Below are positions 54,689-63,385 of a stretch of DNA of 64,000 nucleotides, piece by piece. This stretch comes from Candidatus Daviesbacteria bacterium (GTDB taxonomy: Bacteria; Patescibacteriota; Microgenomatia; Daviesbacterales; UBA10151): NCBI GenBank assembly GCA_030699125.1, contig JAUYKM010000009.1:108647-172646 (forward strand), given 5' to 3'. The notes beneath the pieces were generated by a model, which worked only from the letters and a program-made list of their open reading frames with translations, was not told the origin of the DNA and did no database searches. The translations under genes were made by a program, and so were the position numbers. Each line of letters starts with the position of its first letter. The stretch's first letter is position 1.

Positions 54689-55294
54689 CTAGTCTAAAAA
54701 GACCGAATATATAGTTATGATTAAATCTTTATTTTCATCAAATTCCTTTGCTCCGATTGATACTGCTTCATAATCTCCAGAGAGCCAATTAAGCCGTTTC
54801 TCCTGTTCGACCTGTCCGCTATCAATTTGCCAATCTAATGTTATGATATTATTAATTTCATCAGTACCAATATCCTGGGGTTGCCAACCGGGTCCCTGGC
54901 CTACTCTATGTATACCGATATCAAACTTTATAGGTTGATTAACCTCCATTTTGATGTTAATTGTTTTAGCGCGGAATAATATTTCTTTTGGGATTCTCTT
55001 TTTGCACTGTATCATGAAATGAGTAGTATCCTTGTAGGTAAACTGGATATGTGATTCCACTTCATCATTAAAAGATTTGGTACTAGAGATCAGGAAAGGT
55101 TTTTTTATTACGTCAACCCAAGAGTTAATATCATTAAGGTCACAAGCGTAAAACCGCTCAGTTAACCGTTGTGGTTTAATTGGGTTGGCAGTAACAAATA
55201 TCGTCCATGTAAACACTATAGTAATTATAATTACTAATAGTTTATTAATTAAGTGAAACCTATTTATTTTCAGTATGCGACTCAAGTACATCAT
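54689..55294 (-). CDS. Small N-terminally anchored or secreted protein, paralog A (201 aa); function unknown.
   Basis: The N-terminal TM is 'LLVIIITIVFTWTIFV', followed by 'ANPIKP'. It has two conserved Cys, 'VNQPIKFDIGIHRVGQGPGWQP' and 'RLNWLSGDYE'. Confidence 0.55.
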   Translation of the reverse strand: MMYLSRILKINRFHLINKLLVIIITIVFTWTIFVTANPIKPQRLTERFYACDLNDINSWVDVIKKPFLISSTKSFNDEVESHIQFTYKDTTHFMIQCKKRIPKEILFRAKTINIKMEVNQPIKFDIGIHRVGQGPGWQPQDIGTDEINNIITLDWQIDSGQVEQEKRLNWLSGDYEAVSIGAKEFDENKDLIITIYSVFLD

Positions 55295-57068
55295 CTTTTA
55301 TATCAATAAGCTTTGTGCCCTCAATACGAAATGCAAAAAATGAATTAGTGGCAATAAGATCTTCTTTCTCTTCATTAAGGATATTATTGATGTCTTCTCT
55401 ATTAAATATAAAGTTTACCTGAGGCGGATTATTTATTTCTCCTAAATGTATAGGTACTCTCCTTTTAAATACTGCATTTGCTATTTTTTCATCAAAATCC
55501 TTATCAAGCTCTAAATAAATATAAGTTACTTCTTCCTTTGCCAGGAGCTGAGAAATAGTAGGCTCAAGCATAATCCATACAGAGTCATACTTAGAAGCAT
55601 TAATATTATGACCTTCTTGTATCAGAAATTCTCTTGTCGAAATTGCCTGAATAAATATGAGCCACAAACCGATTACAATAAGAAAGAAACTAAAAACAAT
55701 TGAAGTGAAATAACTAAAAAGGGACGATAATTGGAATAAATTTCTTTTTACTTGCAGTAGACGATCTTTAATTGAATAAAAACAAATGGCAAGTACCGAA
55801 CCTATTAGCATACCCATACCTATACTTGGAACAGTGTAATAACGATGTATATAGGTAAATGCTGATTGATCATTTCCTGAAACTTCTGGAGATATTAACC
55901 ATGGTATCAAAAGATTAGCAAGCACAATGCCACTACCCAAAAGGCCTATTTGAGAAATTTCTTTAAACCGATTCCAATATTTAATAAGTACTAGATTTGA
56001 TAGGAGGAAAAAAGTACCGCCAAACTGAGTAATTGGTATCCAAACGGCTTGCCAACCTTCAAGATTTTTTAAGGAATAACCTACCAGAGGCGAGAAGATC
56101 ACTACTGGGATTGATAAAAACACCAGTAAAAACTTCCTTTTTAAAAAGAGATTAAATGAGAAGAGTATCGCAAATAAGGGGATAATCTGTGGTAAGTTTT
56201 GTATCAGGGTAGTGCTTATATAGCCATAATTTACAGAGAATGGTGAGATAATTAGGTTGCTGATAAAAAACCATAAGGAAAGTATAACTGGAGGATACCC
56301 TGTAAAAAGGGCCAGCAATAAAATGGACGGAGAGACTCTTTTATATGATAATTCAGGGGTAGAACTTAATGTACCGGTTATAAAGATAAGCAAAAAAATG
56401 ACAGCGATAAGGGTAAGAAAGTGATAAACTCTGATTCTCCTACCCCTCTCTTTATAATTTTTGAAAAACCAATAAAATTCTCCTGCAAAAGTCAAAAGAA
56501 CAGTACCTACCAATCTTACAGGATGAGTAAGAACGGTTAATAAAAAAAAGGAAATTGAGCCTATAAGTGTTTTTCTGGTGGGGTGTTGGTGAAATTGAAA
56601 CCACTTTCCCAAAAAAAATGAAAAAACTATTATTGCTGTATATATTTGAAAAAGAGATACTCGAGTAGTTGACTGAATTCCTGCAGTATTAATTCCAAAA
56701 AAGAGTGCAGCAATAGAGGCTGTTATTCTATTTTTTGACCATTTAACAACAAAATAATATATCGATATAACAGCTAAAATTCTCAAGACCACATTTAAAA
56801 TAAAATAATATTTAGAGTTAAAATCAAAAAAGCGGTAGGCAATAGCTAAAGAGGTAAATTGAGTACCATATTGATGAAAATAATAAAGAGGTGAAGGATG
56901 CAGAAAGCTCACATTTCTGCCAAAATGCCCCTCACCTTTAACAATGCTTAAATCCTCATGACTTGGATCAGGAAGGATATGAAAGAGTGCAGGATATAAA
57001 ACAATAAAAGTCACTATGACTACAAATAGGATAGGTAAAAATGATAAAAAATTATGTTTAAAGGTCAT
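55260..57068 (-). CDS. Polytopic membrane protein of 602 aa (GT-C-like candidate), downstream of a GtrB-like GT2.
   Basis: It has about 13 TM helices and a C-terminal hydrophilic domain of about 150 aa. Its 5' end overlaps GT2 gene 57065 by 4 nt. Confidence 0.45.
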   Translation of the reverse strand: MTFKHNFLSFLPILFVVIVTFIVLYPALFHILPDPSHEDLSIVKGEGHFGRNVSFLHPSPLYYFHQYGTQFTSLAIAYRFFDFNSKYYFILNVVLRILAVISIYYFVVKWSKNRITASIAALFFGINTAGIQSTTRVSLFQIYTAIIVFSFFLGKWFQFHQHPTRKTLIGSISFFLLTVLTHPVRLVGTVLLTFAGEFYWFFKNYKERGRRIRVYHFLTLIAVIFLLIFITGTLSSTPELSYKRVSPSILLLALFTGYPPVILSLWFFISNLIISPFSVNYGYISTTLIQNLPQIIPLFAILFSFNLFLKRKFLLVFLSIPVVIFSPLVGYSLKNLEGWQAVWIPITQFGGTFFLLSNLVLIKYWNRFKEISQIGLLGSGIVLANLLIPWLISPEVSGNDQSAFTYIHRYYTVPSIGMGMLIGSVLAICFYSIKDRLLQVKRNLFQLSSLFSYFTSIVFSFFLIVIGLWLIFIQAISTREFLIQEGHNINASKYDSVWIMLEPTISQLLAKEEVTYIYLELDKDFDEKIANAVFKRRVPIHLGEINNPPQVNFIFNREDINNILNEEKEDLIATNSFFAFRIEGTKLIDIKDDVLESHTENK

Positions 57069-57757
57069 TTTAGATAGTAACGTAATTTTAGCATATCAAT
57101 CATTGCTCCGATGATGGATTTTAAATGTGCTCCAGTTGCTTTGCCGCCTTTACGGGGAAAATAACTTATAGGCACAGATACTATCTTAAAGCCTAACAGC
57201 TGAGCTCTGATTATTCTTTCGGCTTCAGAAAAAACACTCTTAGAGATTGGTGTAGTTTTTTTTAAAACCTCCATTTTATAAACTTTATTACTTCCGGCAT
57301 CATATAATTTAACACCAAACAATATCTCCGGAAGTATATTATAAATATAGCTCAGAGCTTTTCTGAAAATTCCATAGTAGACTTTCGTTCTTCTTTTTCC
57401 AATAATCAAATCATATCTCTCATCTACTTTATCAAGCATTTTCGACAGATCTTTAATAGTGTATTGACCATCAGCTGCATTTATAAACACTAATTGTTTA
57501 GATGCTTTTTTGTAAAGAAACTCCAGTCCTCCTGAAATACCTAAAGGTTTCTTTTGATGAAATATTTTTATTTTGGGGTATTTTTTAGAGTAAAAATCTA
57601 ATATTTGACCTGTTTTATCACTGCTAGCATCATCGTTTACCAAAATTTCCCAATTTCTGGTCAATTTGGATAGTACATCCAGTGATTCCTCTATAACTTT
57701 TTTTACAGAATTTTCTTCATTCTTAGCAATTATTACAGCGGAAATAGAATATGTCAT
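57065..57757 (-). CDS. GT2 polyprenyl-phosphate sugar synthase (Dpm1/GtrB-like).
   Basis: It carries 'ISAVIIAKNEENSV', 'ILVNDDASSDKT', 'KKPLGISGG' and 'FINAADGQY' (DXD). Confidence 0.65.
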   Translation of the reverse strand: MTYSISAVIIAKNEENSVKKVIEESLDVLSKLTRNWEILVNDDASSDKTGQILDFYSKKYPKIKIFHQKKPLGISGGLEFLYKKASKQLVFINAADGQYTIKDLSKMLDKVDERYDLIIGKRRTKVYYGIFRKALSYIYNILPEILFGVKLYDAGSNKVYKMEVLKKTTPISKSVFSEAERIIRAQLLGFKIVSVPISYFPRKGGKATGAHLKSIIGAMIDMLKLRYYLK

Positions 57758-58791
57758 CTGTCTAGAATAATTGGTTTGTTTTTTTGAATAGATTCATCAC
57801 AAGCCTCAAGTAAAGAAATAATCTCAATATTCATTTTGGCATTTTCATAACTAATTTTTTTGTTCAAGATCTGCTTGATTACCTCATCTATTTCCACATA
57901 TAATGCTTCTTCGTTTTCCAATTTTGGGATAACTATTTTTCCACTTCGATAAATTGGTTTAAAAGGAGTTACAGTATTTGTAGGCAAGCTGATACCTCTA
58001 TCATAGATTTTAACTTTTTCATCCGGTTCTACATCATCATAAAAAATCATTTTCTTTGTCCCCCCTATTAAAATAGTTCTAAGCTTAACCGGAGAGATCC
58101 AAGAAACATGAATATGAGCTATAAAATTATTTGAATAGTTTATGGTGATATGAGCCATTTCTTCTCTGGTATTATCCCCATGATGTTTAGAACCCGTACA
58201 GAAAATTTTAGTGGGTTTAAGGTTGAAGCAATAAATCAATATAGCCAGATCATGAGGAACCAAATCCCAAATAACGTTAATATCCTGCTGGATAAGTCCC
58301 AAGTTTGATCTGGTTGAATCATAATATAGAGGTTCCCCTAGTAGTGATCGATTTTGAGTAAGATCTTTAATGGCTTTGATTGCTCCCGTATACAAATAAG
58401 TTAGGTCACAATGCAGCAGAAGTCCTTTCTTTTGTGCTAAATTTATTAGTTTTTTTGCATCTTGAGACTTGGTGGCTAATGGTTTTGCCACTATTATGTG
58501 TTTATTAGCTTTTAGGGCATTATAAGCAATCTGAAAATGAGTTTGGGGAGGTGTTGCTATTGCCAATAGATCTATTGTTTTATCTGATAAAATATCCTGA
58601 TAATTCTTAGTTAACTTGATATTAGGATAATATTTGTTAATCTTTTTAAGAGATTCGTCAGATAAGTCACAGGCCCAAATAACTTCTGCCTGATCATGGC
58701 CCATTAGATTCCTTATAAAATTTGGACCCCAATAGCCTACCCCTATTACAGCTGTTTTTATTTTCGGAGGAAAAAACTTGCTCATTTTCAT
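57754..58791 (-). CDS. Gfo/Idh/MocA-family NAD(P)-dependent oxidoreductase, likely a nucleotide-sugar dehydrogenase/oxidoreductase.
   Basis: It carries the N-terminal Rossmann 'KTAVIGVGYWGPNFIRNL' and 'HIIVAKPLA' (an EKP-like motif). Confidence 0.7.
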   Translation of the reverse strand: MKMSKFFPPKIKTAVIGVGYWGPNFIRNLMGHDQAEVIWACDLSDESLKKINKYYPNIKLTKNYQDILSDKTIDLLAIATPPQTHFQIAYNALKANKHIIVAKPLATKSQDAKKLINLAQKKGLLLHCDLTYLYTGAIKAIKDLTQNRSLLGEPLYYDSTRSNLGLIQQDINVIWDLVPHDLAILIYCFNLKPTKIFCTGSKHHGDNTREEMAHITINYSNNFIAHIHVSWISPVKLRTILIGGTKKMIFYDDVEPDEKVKIYDRGISLPTNTVTPFKPIYRSGKIVIPKLENEEALYVEIDEVIKQILNKKISYENAKMNIEIISLLEACDESIQKNKPIILDR

Positions 58792-58837
58792 ATTTATTCA
58801 AAAATTTTTACAATAATACCATAATTAGCAGAGATTA

Positions 58838-58867
58838 TTTACACAAGCTACTTGATCTTGTTAGAAT
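58838..58867 (+). promoter_or_regulatory. Candidate sigma70-type promoter for the plus-strand operon starting at 58877: a TTTACA -35 box, an 18-nt spacer, then a TAGAAT -10 box.
   Basis: TTTACA lies at 58838-58843 and TAGAAT at 58862-58867. The ATG at 58877 is about 9 nt downstream. This is a divergent intergenic region between the minus-strand operon ending at 58791 and the plus-strand operon. Confidence 0.3.
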
Positions 58868-58876
58868 AGGTTTTCA

Positions 58877-59950
58877 ATGAATAGAATATTAATTACAGGG
58901 ATAGGAGGATCAGCTGGTTTGGGGTTTGTAAACTCTTTAAAAGATTCAGGAGAAGAATGTTATATTATTGGATGCGACAGTGATAAATATTCCTTAGAAA
59001 GAGCAAAAGCAGATGAAAAATATCTGGTTCCTTTATGTAGAGATAAGAACTATTTAAAAGTCTTAAAAAAAATTATCAGAAAAACTGAGCCCGATTTGAT
59101 CTATTCTCAAGTGGATGTGGAAATTGAAGTCTTATCTGAAAATAGAGAAATTTTTGAAAAAATGGGAGTCAAAACCTTTTGGCCGTCCAAAAAAGTAGTT
59201 AAGATTTGTCAAAACAAGCACCTTTCTTATTTAGCTTGGAAAAAAGCAGGGATGACTGTTCCAAATACAATCCTTATAGATAATGGGGATGATTTAAAAA
59301 AAGCAATCAGGAAATTTGGGTTACCAATATGGATAAGAGAGATTAAGGGAGCTTTTGGGAAAGGATCCCTTCCAGCTAATTCTTTTGAGGAAGCAGCAAT
59401 TTGGATTGATGCTCACAAAGGTTGGGGGAAATTTAGTGCGGCAGAACTTTTAGACGCAGAAAGAATGGTTACTTGGCAGTCAATTTGGTATAAGGGCAAC
59501 TTGATAATTGCTCAAAGTAGAAAAAGACTTTACTGGGAATTTGCTAACAGAGTTCCTTCTGGCGTGACGGGCTTGACGGGTGCGGGAATAACGGTTAAGG
59601 ATAAGTTAGTGGATAAACTAGCCATAAAAGCCATAAAAGCAATAGATAAGAAACCACACGGGATATTTAGTGTTGATTTCACTTATAATAAAAAAGGGAT
59701 TCCTAATCCAACAGAAATAAACATTGGTAGATTTTTCACAACCCACTATTTTTTTACCAAGGCTGGATTAAATATGCCATATATATATGTCAAACTTGCT
59801 CTTAAAGGTGAGATACCTAAAATTAAAAATAAAATAAATCCGCTCAAAGCTGGTCTGGTTTGGATACGCGGACTAGATTTCGAGCCAATTTTAACAACTA
59901 TAGATCATTTAAAATTATATGAAAAAAAGCTAAAAGCGCTTACCGATTAA
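58877..59950 (+). CDS. ATP-grasp-fold ligase (candidate carboxylate-amine ligase).
   Basis: It has the N-terminal pre-ATP-grasp 'ILITGIGGSAGLGFV'. The central region 'WIREIKGAFGKGS...' and its length are consistent with ATP-grasp enzymes. The assignment is tentative. Confidence 0.45.
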   Translation: MNRILITGIGGSAGLGFVNSLKDSGEECYIIGCDSDKYSLERAKADEKYLVPLCRDKNYLKVLKKIIRKTEPDLIYSQVDVEIEVLSENREIFEKMGVKTFWPSKKVVKICQNKHLSYLAWKKAGMTVPNTILIDNGDDLKKAIRKFGLPIWIREIKGAFGKGSLPANSFEEAAIWIDAHKGWGKFSAAELLDAERMVTWQSIWYKGNLIIAQSRKRLYWEFANRVPSGVTGLTGAGITVKDKLVDKLAIKAIKAIDKKPHGIFSVDFTYNKKGIPNPTEINIGRFFTTHYFFTKAGLNMPYIYVKLALKGEIPKIKNKINPLKAGLVWIRGLDFEPILTTIDHLKLYEKKLKALTD

Positions 59951-59952
59951 TT

Positions 59953-60843
59953 ATGAGAATTATTCTAACAGGAGCAACAGGATTTATTGGAAGTCATCTA
60001 ATACCGCAACTTCTTAATGATAGCGAAATTAAAAAAGTCTTATTATTAATCCGGAATGTTGACAAACTAAATAGGGAATATTTTAAGAATAAAAAGGTAG
60101 AGATATTAGAGATTGATTTACTTAGGGTGAACATACCAAGATTGCCAAAATATGATGTATTGATTCATTTAGCAGATATTATACCTTCCAAAAAGGATGT
60201 AACGAATTTTTCCGATAATATAAGAATTGTAGAAAATATTATTAACAGTATAATTTTAAAAAAGGTTGTCAAAAAAGTAATTTATACCTCCACCTTAGAT
60301 GTTTATGGGAAAATTATTTATTTGCCAGTAGATGAGGTTCATCCTACTAATCCATTAACTTTCTATGGTATTTCCAAATTGGCCAATGAATTATTAATTA
60401 TTAGGGCATCAAGGAATGCCAAGATAAGTTGTATAATATTAAGATTGTCTCAGGTTTATGGACCAAATGAACCTTTAGTAAAAGTGATACCTTTATTTAT
60501 TAAAAAGATAAAAAATAGTGAGGAAATCTCATTAAAAAATAAGGGCAAAATTATTCGTGATTGGGTATACGTCAAAGATGTAGTATCAGCAATTGATAAT
60601 GCTTTATACGCTAACTCCCAAGGCATTTTTAATATAGCCACAGGCAAGGGTTATCCACTTGAGGAATTAATAAAAATTCTAGGTAAACTTGCTAATAACA
60701 AACCTAAAATAATAAAGGAAGCTAACAATAACGAATTAAGACCAAAAATTATTCTAGGTATTGAAAAGGCAAAAAAGTTATTAAATTATCATCCCACTTA
60801 TTTTTTAGAAAAGGGCCTTAAGGATTATTTAGAAAACTTATGA
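59953..60843 (+). CDS. NAD-dependent epimerase/dehydratase (SDR family).
   Basis: It carries 'MRIILTGATGFIGSHLIPQL' and 'YGISK' (YxxxK). Confidence 0.7.
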   Translation: MRIILTGATGFIGSHLIPQLLNDSEIKKVLLLIRNVDKLNREYFKNKKVEILEIDLLRVNIPRLPKYDVLIHLADIIPSKKDVTNFSDNIRIVENIINSIILKKVVKKVIYTSTLDVYGKIIYLPVDEVHPTNPLTFYGISKLANELLIIRASRNAKISCIILRLSQVYGPNEPLVKVIPLFIKKIKNSEEISLKNKGKIIRDWVYVKDVVSAIDNALYANSQGIFNIATGKGYPLEELIKILGKLANNKPKIIKEANNNELRPKIILGIEKAKKLLNYHPTYFLEKGLKDYLENL

Positions 60844-61466
60844 AAATTTTCTTTGATCTAGATGGGACACTGATAGATGTATCGAAAAGATATTATTTTG
60901 TCCATAAAAAAGCGGCACTAGTTATTGGCAAAAAATCGTTATCTTTTAAAGAATATTGGCAAAAAAAAAGAAAAAAAATTCCAGAGAATAAAATCTTAAA
61001 TATAGATAGCGAGAGTTCTCAATTTAAAGAATATCAGAAAATAAGAATAAATTTGTTAGAAAATTTAGACTATCTGAGTCTAGATACCCCATTTGAAAAT
61101 GTATTTGATACCTTGGTTGCATTGACCAAAAAACATAAGTTGTATCTGATTACCTTGAGAAGGAATGAAAAGAATTTAAATACCCAACTTAAACAACTTA
61201 AACTAAATAAATTTTTCATAAAAATTTTTTCATCTCCTCCGGATAAAGATCTTACAATAACAAAAATAAAAATTATAAAGAACTTGGGATACTCAAAGAA
61301 TGATTTGATTATAGGGGATACGGAAGCTGACACTGAAGCGGCAAAAAAATTAGGTATAAGATCTGTGGCAGTATTTAGCGGAATTAGGACTGAATCTTTT
61401 TTAAAAAAATATCATCCGGATATATTAATTAAAGATGTTTCGCATTTGCTCAAGATCCACTTATGA
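60840..61466 (+). CDS. HAD-superfamily hydrolase/phosphatase.
   Basis: It carries motif I 'FFDLDGTL' and motif IV 'GDTEADTEAAKKLG'. Confidence 0.7.
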   Translation: MKIFFDLDGTLIDVSKRYYFVHKKAALVIGKKSLSFKEYWQKKRKKIPENKILNIDSESSQFKEYQKIRINLLENLDYLSLDTPFENVFDTLVALTKKHKLYLITLRRNEKNLNTQLKQLKLNKFFIKIFSSPPDKDLTITKIKIIKNLGYSKNDLIIGDTEADTEAAKKLGIRSVAVFSGIRTESFLKKYHPDILIKDVSHLLKIHL

Positions 61467-61482
61467 TAATATAAAATTCAGC

Positions 61483-63384
61483 ATGCCTTTTTTAAAAAAT
61501 TCTACCTTTTGGATTTTTACACTATTACTAGTTATTGTATCGGTTATTCAATTTACGATATTTCAGCCATTAATTGAGAATAGCCGTCTAATTAATTTTA
61601 GAGATGATTTATTGTTTCTTTTAATGTACAAAACATTGGATCCTGAGCCTATAAGTCAATTTTGGAATGTTTGGACAAAATACTCCGGTCTACACAACAC
61701 GGCCCATGTGTATCACATTGGAATATTGTCTGAATTTTTAGGTAACAACTATCAATATTATCCAACAGCAAATATTTTATTAAAAATTGTGGCAACTTTA
61801 TCTATTTTTCCTGCGGTAATTGTTATTTTTAAAAACAGATTACTGGCTTTTTTATCCTCCATTCTTTTTAGTATTAGCTCTGCCACTGCCGGTTCGCTTT
61901 TTCGGGTAAGTAATGGAAATGATTACGTAGCATTGACAATAATGAATATTTTCTTTATCAGTTATTATTGGATTTTCGTAAAGCATTCAAAAGGGCTGCT
62001 TGTATTATCAGCTCTTCTTTTTTTTATAGCTTATTTAACATCTCCTGGTAGAATATTTCCACTATTGTTGCTTATTTTTCTAGTTGAAATATTCTGGTTA
62101 TTGAAATTGCGCAATATTAATAATATAGGATTTTCCTTAGTTAGAATAATCTTCTATCTCATTCCAGTTTTTCTAATCTCTATTCCGGCGCCTGTTTCTA
62201 CATGCTGTCCCCTTATCAGTCAATCGCATACGTTACTTAAGGATATTATCAGCGGTAGTTTGTTTAATTTACTTGATCCCTTTGCATCAATTGGATGGAC
62301 AATATTTACCAATGATTACTGGAGATTTTTCGGCATCTTTGATTACAAAAGTTTAACTAATTTTGGTGATTACTTATCCTTCTTACTTAAAGGCCCAACT
62401 TTTATTTTCGGAACCTTGACACTTATATTATCTTTAATTTTAGTTAAAAAGCCACTCAGATTTTTCTTAAAGGTTTTTATTTTTAATTTTACACTTGAGG
62501 TTTTAATATTTTTTATAGCCAACAAGCATCCTACTCTAACAGAAGCGGACACATTCCAGTTACTCTTATTAAGATATCCAACATTGGTAAGCATATATAT
62601 TCTAACTTTAGCTTTGATTATTTTTTTGAGTTGGAGGAAAAATGATCTCAAAAGTGGTGTATCAAACGCTTTATGGGTTGGACCATTTATATCAATAATA
62701 TTTTTATGGCCAATGTGGGTTATAATGGGCCGTTTAATTAATGATTGGCATAGTGTGATTAGATATTTTCTCTGGCCAGCCTTAGGAACCTCTTTATTTG
62801 TGGGAGTAATATTATCTGCATTTTATGAAAGATTAAAAGGTAAAGATTTCCTTAGATACCTTTCAGTAATTATTATTTCTATTATCATCTTTAATTTATA
62901 CTTAAATAACAAAGAGGCCATTCAAAAAGAATTTCTGCCCGAAGGTGCACAGAAAATCAAAGTTACAGATCAGCGAATATTACAGGAGAAATTAGTAAGA
63001 AAATTGGATAGATCTGCTCAGAAAGGTGATCTATTAATTTATTTTGATTTTGAACAATCTGATTTGGGTTCTCAATATTATATTGAAGCCCTTCCTGTAG
63101 AGGCATTAGGAGTTATGCTCCATGTTAATAGAGGAAAGGGAACAAGTGGCTGTATAGCTGGTTTTACTGATCAAAAGGTATTTAAAAGTAGTATTAAAGA
63201 AAAAAATAATGAAATTGGCTTTGAGTACCCAGGGGTTTGTGTTAATGAAGATATAGTAAAAGCGGGTCTCAAAGAGAGTACAGAACCTCATTTCTTCACA
63301 CTTGATAAATTCTATGCGTTTAGTATAGAAAACGGAGATTTTGTGGATGTAAAAACTGATGTTTTAAGGGAATTAGGTATTTAA
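61483..63384 (+). CDS. Large polytopic membrane protein with a C-terminal soluble domain; family unknown.
   Basis: It has more than 12 TM helices and a hydrophilic C-terminus of about 170 aa. The start is placed at the ATG at 61483 (MPFLKNSTFW) to avoid a 32-nt overlap with the HAD gene. Confidence 0.45.
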   Translation: MPFLKNSTFWIFTLLLVIVSVIQFTIFQPLIENSRLINFRDDLLFLLMYKTLDPEPISQFWNVWTKYSGLHNTAHVYHIGILSEFLGNNYQYYPTANILLKIVATLSIFPAVIVIFKNRLLAFLSSILFSISSATAGSLFRVSNGNDYVALTIMNIFFISYYWIFVKHSKGLLVLSALLFFIAYLTSPGRIFPLLLLIFLVEIFWLLKLRNINNIGFSLVRIIFYLIPVFLISIPAPVSTCCPLISQSHTLLKDIISGSLFNLLDPFASIGWTIFTNDYWRFFGIFDYKSLTNFGDYLSFLLKGPTFIFGTLTLILSLILVKKPLRFFLKVFIFNFTLEVLIFFIANKHPTLTEADTFQLLLLRYPTLVSIYILTLALIIFLSWRKNDLKSGVSNALWVGPFISIIFLWPMWVIMGRLINDWHSVIRYFLWPALGTSLFVGVILSAFYERLKGKDFLRYLSVIIISIIIFNLYLNNKEAIQKEFLPEGAQKIKVTDQRILQEKLVRKLDRSAQKGDLLIYFDFEQSDLGSQYYIEALPVEALGVMLHVNRGKGTSGCIAGFTDQKVFKSSIKEKNNEIGFEYPGVCVNEDIVKAGLKESTEPHFFTLDKFYAFSIENGDFVDVKTDVLRELGI

Positions 63385-63385
63385 T

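Noticed and set aside
59561-59595. Locally GC-rich repetitive patch 'ggcgtgacgggcttgacgggtgcgggaataacgg'.
   Set aside because: It encodes 'GVTGLTGAGITV' within the ATP-grasp ORF and is a glycine-rich loop, not a separate element.
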